Shown here piece after piece: positions 40,327 through 55,150 of a stretch of 64,000 bases of DNA. Every line of letters starts with the position of its first letter. The first letter of the stretch is position 1. The notes beneath the pieces are model-generated. The model saw only the letters and a program-made list of their open reading frames with translations, was not told where the DNA came from and made no database searches. Made by a program: the position numbers and the translations under genes. Origin of the DNA: Octopus vulgaris (Eukaryota); NCBI GenBank assembly GCA_951406725.2, contig OX597827.1, forward strand, positions 5,890,001 through 5,954,000. Direction: 5' to 3'.

Positions 40327-42741
40327 CTGATAAGCTTCTTGTTTAATTGCAGGTAGATGTATCCCTGAGGTGGAACCATCCCAGTTATGGTCAGATTTGT
40401 ATCCAGAATGATGTTCTCGTCTTAATAATGTGGTCTGAGAGGTTTTATTACTGCCATGATCTGCTACCATGGTAAAAGGAACATCGTATTTTGGTGATAT
40501 TTGTTCACACACATAACCCGATGGTCTTCTTTCTCCAGTGCAGTCATTAGTTGTGCCATACTGAACATTTCTCTGACTCCTTTTATGAACAACACATACT
40601 ATTATAGACACAACAATAGCAACAGAAACTATCACTGCTGCTACGACAATAATAACCATCAAGTTAATATGTATTCTGTTGTCTGATTCCGTGTCTTCAG
40701 CTGTGTACATTCTGGCTGTTGTATTGCTAACAGTTAACGTCAAAGACAGTGTAGTTGTGGCTGATAAAACTGGAGTACCACTGTCTTTGATAGCTAATTT
40801 TAGATTATACGATCCAGCATCATTTTGGTAAACTGTACGAGAGAAAGACAAAACTCCTGTGTGTGGATTCACTTTAAACAACTGCTTATTGTTGCCTCCA
40901 AGTATTTCATATCTGAGGAAGGAATTTACATGGCTGTCTCTATCAGAAGCTCTTAATGTTGTGATGTCACTCTTACTCTGTGGATGGTAGTGGACATCTA
41001 GATTGAAAGGGTTAACACTAGGGAAAGTAAAATAAGGTGCATTGTCATTTTCATCCATGATTTCAACAAAAACATTGGCCGTGTTATTCAAAGATGGCGT
41101 CCCATTGTCTTTGACTAAAACATGGAAGCTATATGTTTCCTGTTGTTCATGATCTAATGACTGAGTTGTTGTAATAAATCCAAAATTGGAAATCTTAAAT
41201 GGAAGAACATAACCATGTTCATCAAACAAAGAATATGATAGCTGTCCTCCCAGACCTAAATCAGGATCTGTAGCATTGATAAACCCAACAGGAAAATTAG
41301 GTTCTTCATTTTCATAAGTTAAGAATTTAAATGTGCTTTTTGTAAAGTATGGTTGTACATCATTGACATCCATCACTTCAATAGAAAATTTTCTCTCTGT
41401 CTTTAAGGATGGAAATCCCTTATCTTCACAGACAATACTTAAGTCCATGTGACTTTCTAATTCTCTATTAACTAGACTTTTGAGAACAACTTTATATTTA
41501 TTTTTCCCCAGACTTTGAAGCATAAACTTCTCATGATTTAGAATACAATCAACTTCTCCATTGTGGCCACTGTCATTATCAACGACCTTCACATAAGCAA
41601 TGAAACTACCAACTTTCACTCCTTCTGATATGGTAACAATATTTCCATCAGATTTAGAGACAAATTTCACATCAATCCTTGGAGCATTGTTCTGTTGGTT
41701 TAGCACGTTAACTAGTACAATTGCTGTAGAACTCAATGGAGGACTGCCATTGTCTGTGGCATCAATGAACATCTTATAGGTTTGTCTTTTATCAAATGGA
41801 AAATTTTTGCTAAGAAAAATCTCTCCAGTTTCTCTATTCAACTGAAAATAAGACTTTGTAAGGTTTGTGGTATCACTATTGAAGCTGTAAGAAACATTCC
41901 CATTTTCACCTGAATCTAAATCTTTAGCTGATATCATAACAATGGCTTCATTTGTGTGGTATCCTTCTCTCACAGAAACATTATAAACATTCTTGGTGAA
42001 AACAGGTTCATTGTCATTTTGGTCAGTGACGGTTACAATAACATCAAGCTTATTTTCTTTAGTTGGATAGCCACTGTCTCTGGCAATGACTCTTAATACA
42101 TATTTGTCTTGAATCTCTTTATCGAGTTTTTTCTTTAAAATAATCTCAAGTTTAGATTTACCCACAGACTTTTTTGATACTGATAACTTGAAAGTTTCGT
42201 TCATATTGTCAGCTAACTGATATGTAATTTGGGAATTCAGAACTCCAACATCTCGATCGTTAGCATTTGGTATTGATTTTGCAGTTCCTTTACCGTCAGT
42301 TTCATAAAACTGAAGATTAACTGTTTTGTCTGGAAATTCTGGCGGATTATCATTAACATCATCGACAATGACTTTAACTTCTATAATCCTCACAAAAGAA
42401 TCCTCCTTCTGAACAGCTACTTCAACAACAGCAGAACATTCAGTGTTGTATTTACAAAAGGATTCAGCATCTAATGTCAGTGCTGTGTAAAGTTTTCCTG
42501 TTTTGGTGAGGTTGAATAGCTGAGATTTCCCACTCAAACTTTCATGCAGCTGACTGAATGTAAGTAGATTGTGTTCTCGCAATGGAATGCTTTCTAACAA
42601 AAGTCTATCGGTGGCTATGTCCCCAACATATTCACCAGGATATCTGCCTTCTTTAACATGAAAAATGATGTCAGCACAACAGGATAGCTTCAGTAAAGCC
42701 ATAAGAATCCATGTAAGTTTTGGCCACACTACTGTCAGCAT
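40327..42741 (-). CDS. Protocadherin (cephalopod-type, 6 EC repeats + TM), first coding exon, 805 codons
   Basis: Signal peptide MLTVVWPKLTWILMALLKLSCCA; cadherin motifs DDVNDNPPEF, DQNDNEPVF, DVNDVQPYF, DENDNAPYF, AxDxDxG and LDxE; EC1 Cys-X5-Cys (CKYNTEC); TM LMVIIVVAAVIVSVAIVVSIIVCVV. Consensus donor CAG|GTAAGT at 40327/40326 (phase 0, after ...KQEAYQ). Acceptor TTTCTTTCTATTTTTCAG| lies 84 nt upstream of the ATG, so the exon starts at 42825. Confidence 0.95.
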
Positions 42742-43161
42742 AATCAGTTAAAAAAAATATATATAAATTGTATTTATGTTTATTTATATCTATTTAGAAG
42801 CGAGGCATTAGCATTTACCATAAATCTGAAAAATAGAAAGAAATTATTATTTTAACTACAACATGCTTCATGATAGTAAATTTTACAGGTAAAAAGAGTG
42901 AAATCAATTTCCTAGAATCACTATAACCAATGTCTAAAAATGTCTATTAATATAGTAAAAGATATTCTTATATATCCTACAGATATTGCCTCAACTTTTT
43001 TTTTCCACTACTTCAAAACCAATTTACTAAGACTGATATCATATATTACGTTTCAAATAATAGAAATAGACATTTCTTAATAGATGCAGAAATAGAAATA
43101 AACAAATACACAAAAATTTGGTCTATCAAAAAATATATAAAGTTTTAACACACACACACAC

Positions 43162-43215
<54 letters not shown>

Positions 43216-43966
43216 GTATATATATGTATATATATGTGTATATATATGTGAGTGTATATATATATATATATGTATGTATGTATGTATGTACGTATGTATA
43301 TATATATATATATACATACATGCACACATACATATGTACAAACACATATACATGCACTCAATATAAAGACATGAATATATGTATATGTGTGTGTGTCTAT
43401 CTATATATCTAATAATATTGATATATACACACATATGCATAGACATACATTCAGACATATGCACATACACACACATGGGCACACACACACACACATGGGC
43501 GGACAGACACAGAGGCATGCACATATTAAACATATATGTATATATTATTTAAATGATTCTTCACACATGAGAGACAGCAGGATAGGTGCCCAAGGCGGAA
43601 TGTTTTTCACAGTTCTTTAGCACGACTCTCCTCTCCTGTCATGCATATTGGGACTAGTCAGCTAAGAGAGATTAAATTCTCAAAAATTGTATATAGTAGA
43701 AACATATAAAAATAAAAATAAAAATAAAATAGAACTGCTTTTCAGTAGTCCTTTAGCAATAAAAATATTGCTTATATCTGTAATATTTCACCAATATCAA
43801 ATAATTACGATCAATAACGCCAGAAAATCCACTTGAATACACAATAGATTTTTATAAATTCAATAACTAGCATAATATAAATTACCAAACACAAAGACTA
43901 GCTAATATCTGGTTTGATATGTTTCAATAAAGGTCCTGCATAGGAGAAATACCTTCGTCTTTATCG

Positions 43967-44002
<36 letters not shown>

Positions 44003-44011
44003 TTATATATA

Positions 44012-44061
<50 letters not shown>

Positions 44062-44072
44062 CATATATATAC

Positions 44073-44123
<51 letters not shown>

Positions 44124-44843
44124 CATGTATATATATACATGTGTGTATGTGTGTATATATGATATTATTTCCTTCAATTATATCCTCAGAATATTTCATG
44201 GATATATATTATATATTTCTATCAGGCAAATAACTATTTGCTAGCTTGCTTCTACTTTTTTATTATTACTATTATTATTATTATTATTATTTATTTAGTT
44301 TTATTTCTTTATATATTTATTTAGACATTTTTTTTTTATTATGAATTTCACCTGAGAAAGAGGACAACATTGGCAATAACATTATTGTGGTTAGCCAACC
44401 TAGTATTGCGTTTGAATCATAGTCTCACTTGAATGTTTTTATGATGATATTTTCAGTTTTATCTTGCCCCTAATTAATATCAGGAAGGATGAGTGAAGGG
44501 ATATCTTCAATTGAAAACTAGGATGGAAACTCGTGTCCTTTGATCTTTCTTTGATTTGATCTTGAAAATTATTCTTTGATCTTTATCAACTGTCTTTGTG
44601 TTTCAATTCATGAGGGTACATTCATATTCCAGCTACACAAAGACAGCTTGCGAATAAGCAGATATGAACACATGCACACGAACACACACATGCAATCACA
44701 CACACACACACATGCACACACACACACACACATACACACACACGACATTGATGAAATTTATGCATATATATGTGTCTGCACGCATACTGATATATATATG
44801 TATGTATAATATATATAAATATATACATATATATATATATATA

Positions 44844-44897
<54 letters not shown>

Positions 44898-45550
44898 CAC
44901 ATATATATATATGTATGTATGTAAGTATATATAATATAGATTTATCTGTATGTATATAATATACATTTATATGTATGTATGATATATACATTTGAATGTA
45001 TATATATAAATATCTATACATTTATGTATATGCAATGTCATCTGTGCAGATGTATGGAAGCTTCAAATGTCAAAACTAGCTATTTATATAGTTTCCAGCA
45101 AACACAACTGTATGGAAGCGTCGAGTATCATAAAACTGTATGCATGTTTATCATTGGACATATGCTTATGTGAGTGCATAAATGCTTGTGTCTATGTCTG
45201 TGTGGTGTATATAACCATGTGATTATATACATGAGTAAGAGAATTATTTATGGATGAACTTATATGTGTATGTGTGTGTGTGTGTATGTGTAAGTATACA
45301 CACACATTCATGGACATAGATCTAATTTTATAGATAGTGACATAAACCTCATTCAATATACACCAAAAACTATCTCATTTTATTCATATGCACATATATA
45401 TGTACACGTGTGTGTGTGTGTGTGTCAGTGTTCATATGCATTTGTACAGATGTACATATATATTTACAGATATTTTATATATATATTATATATATATATA
45501 TATATGTGCATATATATATGTATGTATATATATGTATATATATGTATATC

Positions 45551-45606
<56 letters not shown>

Positions 45607-45618
45607 TATATATGTATG

Positions 45619-45650
<32 letters not shown>

Positions 45651-46405
45651 GTCGGGTGAACATGTATATGTATATATATGTATACATTATTATATATCCT
45701 ATATTATTTATGTATTGTATATACACACACACATATATATATAAACATATACACCCACATATATAATGCAGGTGTGTGTGTGTTTATCCATGTGTGTATG
45801 CAAGTATGTGTGTGCGCGTGTGTGCGCACATGTGTATGTGTGTGTATTTGTGTGTGTGTGTGAGTGCATAAAAGTGTACGTAGGAGTGTATTCTTATAGA
45901 TTGGTGATAGCCAAGATAATGAATGAGAATCTTGATGAATAAGAAATGAGTGATATGGTTATATAAAAGACAATTTTATCAATAATAATCTTTTAATAAT
46001 CTTATTAATAACTGATGTCTTGCTGCTGTCATTCCATTTTTTGGTATAATATAGTCAATTCATTTCAGGTATCTAAGCTGTGACTGTCACACGCATACAC
46101 GCATACATGCCTATATGCAAACGCACGCATACACGTTCATAAGCATGTGCACAGCTGTGCACATTCATACAAGTACACAAATATACACACATGCAGTCAG
46201 ATTTACACTCATATTCACACATGAAGATGTCATTGTGTATATAAATAATTATATAAATACATAGAAATATTTCTTCATTCACATGTATATATATATATAA
46301 AGGTAGTTATGCATGAGGCATGCACAAATATATTTACAAGAGTTTCCTTAAATCTTAAATACAACATATGCACACACAAACATACAAAGATACATATACA
46401 TATAC

Positions 46406-46442
<37 letters not shown>

Positions 46443-46443
<1 letters not shown>

Positions 46444-46630
46444 CATCATCATCATCATCATCATCATTTAGCGTCCGCTTTCCATGCTAGCATGGGTTGG
46501 ACAGTTCAACTGGGGTCTGTGAAGCCAGAAGGCTGCATCAGGCCCAGTCTGATCTGGCAGTGTTTCTACGGCTGGATGCCCTTCCTAACGCCAACCACAC
46601 CGTGAGTGTAGTGGGTGCTTTTTACATGTC
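46443..46630 (-). mobile_element. Family D retroposon 3' end with (ATG)n tail
   Basis: Closely matches 7405-7580 but lacks the minisatellite expansion. Confidence 0.75.
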
Positions 46631-46657
46631 CATCTATATATATATATATATATATAT

Positions 46658-46722
<65 letters not shown>

Positions 46723-47355
46723 CATGGCCAGTTTATCTTAATCCATATACTCTCCTGCTTTAAAACTTAGAGTGTGCCTCTTTTTTACACTTATGTTTCT
46801 ATATATGCATATATCTGAATGTAAGTATGTATGTATACATGTATATATATATGTATTTATGTAAAAAGAAACATAAATGAGAGAAAGGCCAATTCCATTA
46901 ATATGGTAGAATTTTCTCGTTAGAATCTTAGCTGATTATTCACTTTGTTGTTGCTACTCTGCAAGGTTATGCTAATATATATTTGTTTGGACTAACTTGA
47001 AGATTACCAGTTTCATTGCCAACTGCCATGACCACCACCAAGCTGGAAGCTCACATTAGAAAGAAGCTGAAGTTTCCAAAAACTGTCATCCCAGCATTGT
47101 CAAATATGGTGTGGCTCTTGACAGCAAAGATGGTTCTCTTACAACTCTCTTTTCACTACAAAGATTATATCTGAGAAGGCGAATGAGAGGAAGAGATAAA
47201 AATATTTTATGGTGTTATGTCAATGCAGTGAATGGTTTGGAAGGCGTGGTACCAACAGAGTCTTCTTTCTCTGCCAATCTGTCCAAGCCCATTCCTTTGC
47301 CCATGGCTTTGCTTGGAAATAGATTAGGACAATGGGAATTTTGTTGAATATGTAT

Positions 47356-47795
47356 ACTCTTTTACTCTTTTACTCTTTTACTCTTTTACTCTTTTACTTG
47401 TTTCAGTCATTTGACTGCGGCCATGCTGGAGCACCACCTTTAGTCGAGCAACTCGACCCCAGGACTTATTCTTTGTAAGCCCAGTACTTATTCTATCGGT
47501 CTCTTTTGCCGAACCGCTAAGTGACGGGGACGTAAACACACCAGCATTGGTTGTCAAGCAATGCTAGGGGGACAAACACAGACACACAAACACATACATA
47601 CACACACACACATATATATATATACATATATACGACGGGCTTCTTTCAGTTTCCGTCTACCAAATCCACTCACAAGGCATTGGTCGGCCCGGGGCTATAG
47701 CAGAAGACACTTGCCCAAGATGCCACACAGTGGGACTGAACATGGAACCATGTGGTTGGTTAACAAGCTACTTACCACACAGCCACTCCTGCACC
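47356..47795 (-). mobile_element. SINE family A, young copy upstream of the coding exon
   Basis: Near-identical to 17050-17453; tail (GTAAAAGA)x5. Confidence 0.9.
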
Positions 47796-48494
47796 TATAT
47801 ATATATGTATATTGCTAATTAGATGATGAAGCTTTGGCAGTCTGAAGAAAGTCTTTTGACTACCTTAAGAGAGTCATTTGACTGTCTTAAGAGAGTCAGC
47901 TGTCTACCTTATGAGATGGAATGGACTCATCAGCTAGATGCTTCATGGGTCCAGAATGTGTTGAGCATCACAGAGACCAGTGGTTAGCAGGCTATGAAGT
48001 CAGCTACAAAGGCGGCAAAGTTTACTTCAAGGGATCCTGAGGTGTACACTCCAGAAGGGACACTGCTAAATGGACAAGAGTTTGAGCTTGATCAGCATTG
48101 AGTGGAATATCAGGTGCTTGACTGTTCAAAGATCTGAAACGTCCAATAACACCAGGTAACACCACTGATGATCTGTCCAAGTACATTGTAAGATGATGTA
48201 TAAAAAAATGTGTGTATAATATGTATGTGTATATCAAATATACATATACATATATTTATATACATATATTTATATACATATATGTGTGAGTGTGAATGAG
48301 TGCATAGATTGATGTATATATATATACATATATACATGTAATAAATTTACTTCTGATATAAGGATAAAATTATTTTCGAAAATAATTTTATCAGTGGCCA
48401 GCATACTAAAATACTTTTATATAATTTTCACCTTAAAACATATATACATGTCTGTGTGTGAGTGTAGATATATATATACATATATGAGTGTGTA

Positions 48495-48526
<32 letters not shown>

Positions 48527-49036
48527 CATACACACACTCACAAATACACATACATGTATATATGTGAATGTATGTATGCATACACTACACATGCACACAC
48601 ACGCACACACACACACTTGTACATCAAATACAATATATGGTACAACTAACAATAATAATAATACAAAAACAACAACACCAACAGCAGCAGCAGCAGCAAC
48701 AACAACAACAGCAATAACAATAATAATAATAATAATAATAATGATAATAATAATCATGACATTGCATACATAGCCGACTTGATCTTCTAAGTTATTTGAT
48801 TATTTGGTGTACTTATATCTTAGACCAATATTTTATATTGTATATTCCTGTATTTGACATACTGTATTTGAAATAATCTTTGTGTCATTATTTTATCTGT
48901 TGCGGCTGTTTTATGTTTTGTCTGGGTATAATATGCTCATCCTGGTGTTTTTCAAACCTACTGTTCTTCAGGCACTGTCTGTTAACTTTAGAAACATGTT
49001 TTTATCACAAGTAAATTCTTGCAGTTAATCAGTCTC

Positions 49037-49114
<78 letters not shown>

Positions 49115-49124
49115 GTATGTATGA

Positions 49125-49157
<33 letters not shown>

Positions 49158-49290
49158 TGTATGTATGTATGTATGTATGTATGTATGTATGTATGTATGT
49201 ATGTATGTATGTATGTATGTATGCATGTATGTATGTAAATAGAAAGTTAGATAGATAGATAGACAGACATACATATGTATACACACATAT

Positions 49291-49322
<32 letters not shown>

Positions 49323-49459
49323 ACATCTATATACATATGTACACATGTATAGTTATATAATATATATGTGTGTGTCTTTTCACATAAATAGAAATATATA
49401 TGTTTATATATATACTTACACACACATATATATAATGTGTATACATATATTTTCATGTA

Positions 49460-49491
<32 letters not shown>

Positions 49492-49596
49492 GATATATAT
49501 GCATGCATACATACATACACACACATGCACATAAGTGTTTATTTTTGTCATTTGTTTTAGCTTCAATGGCTAAGACCAGCCTGGAGCATCATGTAT

Positions 49597-49635
<39 letters not shown>

Positions 49636-52600
49636 ATATGTGTTTACAATCACAGGTAAAATTATTAGATATGATTTTGATGTCTGCATATTTTTTACTT
49701 TCACTTTCTCTTCTACAGGATTTAGTTCACATTCTTGTTTCTTTGATGTTGTTTAAGTTGATTGAGAGTCAATACTTGACTGTACTTTCTGATGCATTAA
49801 CAAAATGAGAGTTACATAGCTCTGGACTATACACTGATAAAATTATCCAGTATATCTGGTATGAATATTCCACCTGAGCAGGGACATAGCCACATGATTT
49901 AACAAGCTTTTTTTGGCTTGTATATGTTTTGGGGTTTGATACCATTGTGCAAGATTTGTGGCAAATGTCACCCATAACCTTGGGTTCGCTAATATCTTAT
50001 AACTGGAATTTAGTACTCAGAACTAAGCTGAAGTCTCTTTCCAGTGTGTATGTATGTACAAATGTATGTTTTGGTGTTTTATTTTGGTGTTTTAGGTACT
50101 GTATGCATCATTCTGATGTAGACTTCTGTAGAATAGGCTTCAAAGACTAACATTTGCAGGTATAGAGTAGACTAAAGCTTTAAAGGATATAATGAAAAAA
50201 GAAGAGCAAGCAGGTGGGTAAATCTGTCTCTGTATAATTTATTTCTTTTTGGAAGAAGCTGGATTAACATCACCTTGTAAAATGGAAGCATGTGTGTGTG
50301 TATATGTGTGTGTATGTGTGTGTGTATGTGTGTGTGTATATGTGTGTGTTTATGTGTCAGTTTGTGTGTGTGTGTGTGTGCATGTATATGTGCATGTTTT
50401 ATGCTTATATGTGTGTGTTTATGTTTGTGTGTGTGTGAGTGTTTATATGTGTTGTGTATGCATATGTATGTGCATCTTTCACCAAAAATGTATTACTGAT
50501 GAATGTAAAGATGAATGAGGATGCTGAAAAAAATCTGATGCTTTTTTTTTAATGAAGTCCTTATGACATTTGTTCTGCACCAGGTTAGACAGAACTTCCT
50601 TCATCACTATCCGTGATGGAAATACCAGTGTACTAATAGTTAGTCTATTAGAAATATATAACCAATGATATTATTATTCATAAATTATGATAATAAATAA
50701 ATTTTAAAGAAATTATTTGATACGAGATATCTAAAATAAATAAATACTTTCAGCCCGTAGCATAAGGTAAACCACCTACATTATGATATGAACTCACACC
50801 TTAGGATTCAATAGCAAATACTTAATCTACTTAGTCATTTCTCCATATAATCTAAAGAAATTGAGAATGTTGCAGATAATAGAAACGCAATCTCAAAACG
50901 TCCAGGCATGAAGAATTCATTTAAAATTTAATGCATATGTGGATTATGGAATAAACGGAAAATGCCTCCAAGCAGAAATTCAATCCAGTTCACTATTTAA
51001 GAGAAAGCAGGAAATGTACCAAATTGAACATAAAAATAAGATGTTCTACATCCATATTCCTTTTTCTTTCATTTGAATTTATATTTGCAGGAGAAAAGAG
51101 AAATATCATGAGAATACCATTCCATAACAGACATCTATACAAAATGAGATTGCCAATAAAATCCATCCTAGCCTTCTGTAAAACAAATACTTTGAAGGAA
51201 ACGTTATCCCCAGTCATTTAGGAGAACATGTGATTTGAAGTAAATATCAGGTATTGACAGAATTTATTTAAGGAAAGACTTTTTTTGCAGAATTTAATCT
51301 AAAAGAGTTATAAACATACTGAAGAGACCTTTGAACAACTAAATCTCTGGACAATTTACATGTGCAGGTATTTACCCGAGGCTTATCTTTACTGCCAAGT
51401 TTGGTAATGTACACGAAACAAACAAAAACTGATCTCCTAATAGAATTTTGTAAATTGGTTATTAAACTGATATTGCTTCCTTGAAAAAGCCTTTGCTGGA
51501 ACAAAATCTGTTCTTGCAACGGTGTTTAATTTTAGCAATGGACAGTGATAAAAAAATGTTCTGATACATGTACAAAGAATATAAAGTGGGAATTAGTGTT
51601 ACTGGCTCTGTACTAACTGTTCATTGCTCATGCTAGAGGTACTCATGTGCAAACAAAATCATTATGGATGCTGATCTATGTATAGAAAGACCAGAACAAG
51701 TCTCTATCACTTGCCTCTGTTGCCATAAGCAAGATCAATTATACCAAGGATAAGATTCTGTCTGATATCGTTTTACATTGTTAAGAAGAAGAAAAAAAAT
51801 TCTTTCTCTGACTTATTTTAAAAGTAAAAGGTTAAAGAGTTTCCACTATTTTAGCCTGTACTTCAATGCCATAAGAAGACCTTTCAGAGATTTATTTATA
51901 GATAGATATTCTGGAGAGATTGTGCACACGCGCGTGTGTGTGCGTGTGTGTGTGTCTGTGTCTGTGTGAGTGTGTGCATGTGTTTGTGTGTGAGGAGGTG
52001 GGAAGGAGGACTATTACTAAGATTTGAAACTGGACGTAGACAATAATCTACATTTTATATAACCGTAGCATTGAAGAGGAAATATCTCTTAAGATAGAAT
52101 GAACTTAGATGGTACAAGTCTATAACTAAGACATGAGACATTGCTTTCAACTATTCAGCTTAAAAATTATACTGAGTGAATGAAAGATAGATTTAGTTAA
52201 TGTAAAAGGTCATGGTTCCCTTTTACCAACTTCAGATCTCTAAGTCTGGCTAATAATGTATGATATACATCAAAATGAAAGATATTAGTAAATATTTTAA
52301 GTTTAGATACACCAGTGTTGCAAGCTGATAAAATCAATTTTTCCACATATAGAAAAGGATTATGAAAAAAAAAAAAGATTAAAATAAAAAGATATGTATA
52401 TCTCTGGTACACTACCCTTTATTTGTGAGTGACATACAATCACTGTAACATAGTAAACCTTGAGCCTCATCATCTCTTTTTTACCATTACTACAACACCC
52501 CTGTTATTCTGAAATCATTAATTCATTGCCCACTCTCTATAAACCTGTTCAATGCACCTGTTTCCTTTCTTACCAGCAATCTCAATATATTTAGTTTCCC

Positions 52601-54088
52601 TTTCATCAAATCAAATACCCTGAAGTGTATCCCATCAGGAACTCCTGCCACACCCTGTTTCTACATTCTTCCCACTAAAACCTTTAACAGAGTCTACACG
52701 CAGTCACTTGATTATGATTTGTTAGAAATAGTATACAAATCTCCCCCAAACACACTTTACCTTCTAGAAAATGAAACACACATTGGATAATGATGTCCTA
52801 GACTACCACAAAAATATTTGGTCCTGGTTAGAACCCTTTAACTCCTAAGTCTGCTCAATTAAGGCTATAGAGCAAAGCAAGTTCTAAATGTATATTATCA
52901 CCCTTAATTGTTCCTGGCAGTCCAAAATCTCCTAGATTTAGATAAACTGGAAATGAATGAACAATTTTTTTTTAAGCTAATTAATTAACATTTAACCCCA
53001 CCACCAAAACAAGAAAAGAAAAGAAAGATAACATAAGGATAATATACTTTTATATATTTACTGTATTAAAGAGCTTAAAGAGAAAAATATTCATTGCTTT
53101 CAGGAATCAGATATCAGCATTAAAAAAAAAAAAAAAGTTACATTTTGAATTTAATAGTTACTAAAATATCATTTCAAAAAGGTAAGTGCTTATGACATAA
53201 AATGATTTTTTAAAAAAATACTTTCATTTAAATTTATATTGAAATTCAGACTGAAATAGAACATTTCCAATGAAGAGATCAGTTCTTATATACATTTACA
53301 TTCATATACACATACATGTCAGAAGTTATAGTGATAAACACACTGTTATGAAAGGCACAGACACACATGCACACACTGGATGCAAGCACACATGAAAACA
53401 TACAGACATGTATTTGCACTTGTAGAAATCATCTCACACACATCCATACACACACACACACAAACCTTTTAACACAAATACAGATCATTCATGCATATGA
53501 AAGCAGACACAAACACATACATACACAGGAACTTTCAAATACAAACATTATGTACACTTGTATTTATACATTTTAACATACTCAAAGTCATATACACACA
53601 TAGACCTTTGTGCACATACATGTATAATTATACAAATATACATATTGAAGGGCCAGAGGCACAGCCCTTCTTATTCTCATGATCAAATACCCATCCCATA
53701 TATGAGTGTGTGTGTTTGTGTGTATGTATGTATATGCATATATATATGTATGCATATATGTATATGTGTGTGTGTCTATACATATACATGCATACATTTA
53801 TATGTATGTGTGAGTGTGTTTGAATACACACACATGCATAAAGTTATTGGTAAATACATTTAAGAAGAACAGCATGCGAAAAATTACACAACTATACATA
53901 CATATTTAAAATAATATACTATACAAACATGCATGCTTAAACACACATGCATGTACATTACCACACAAACATATACATAGAATACACCAACACATGCTTG
54001 CATCCTTACACACAAATAGATATGTATGAGTTTTTTGTGTATGTAGGTAGATACATATACGTTTGTGTGTGTATGTAGGTATATCTAT

Positions 54089-54133
<45 letters not shown>

Positions 54134-54134
54134 A

Positions 54135-54193
<59 letters not shown>

Positions 54194-54260
54194 AATCTAT
54201 CTATCTGTCTGTCTATCTATCTGTTGTCTGTCTATTTATCTCCACTTTCTCTCTCTCTCC

Positions 54261-54300
<40 letters not shown>

Positions 54301-55043
54301 TACACACACATGCACATATATACATACAAATGTATATCATATACACGCACACACACACATAAACACACATAGACATACACTTAGTATCAAACTAATACTT
54401 ATGCACACATATTTAATATAAATACCTATACACAAAACTATTTCAAATTCTTTGTATATACACAAACTGGTTTTATATTTTACAGTTTTCTTTTTCTTTT
54501 TGTCCTTAGCAATGCAAACTTTGTCTAAAAATAGTTTCCATTATACGGTGTTAATTAAATCTGAATTATGACAAACCAATTAAAACTAAATTTATATTCC
54601 AAACAACAACAAAAAAGATCAAAAAAGGAAAAAATAGAGAAAGTGAAAAAAATGTTAATCTTAGGGCAATCCAGCAAGCATCTGATTTTAAATTCATGAC
54701 TGAATATTTTAAGGGATAATAAAATGTGACCATAAACCATGTCCTTGAGTTATTTTTTAAATTTGTAATTATTTTGAGATTATGATTACTTTTAGAAATT
54801 ACAACTAACTTTGTTTCTCTTTCACTTTCAAAATCTATGAAAATTTACAAGGGTTATTAAAAGTAAAATAAGGTTCTACATTGACTTTTTTCGTCACTCT
54901 GAATAAAAGAAACAGTTTAGCGATAACATGGATTTTGTCTTTTTTTTTGTTTTAATAGTCTTAAGTAAAAAAACAAATTTAACAAACAAAATCAAACAAA
55001 ACAAGAAATTTTTTTTCCTAACACGTAAAGCAAATAAACTCAC

Positions 55044-55150
55044 CGTTGCTGTTAAATCTTTCTCAGTGTAACGTTAGCTGAGCTGTGTATCCTGCTGTAG
55101 AGTTGTACAGTCACTGCTGCTGATGTATCGTGGTCTGTGTTGTTGTGTGA
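55044..55150 (-). other. Candidate non-coding first exon of the protocadherin (5' boundary approximate)
   Basis: Consensus donor ACG|GTGAGT at 55044/55043 in unique sequence. The coding exon begins with a splice acceptor, so an upstream exon is required. TSS not determined. Confidence 0.5.
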
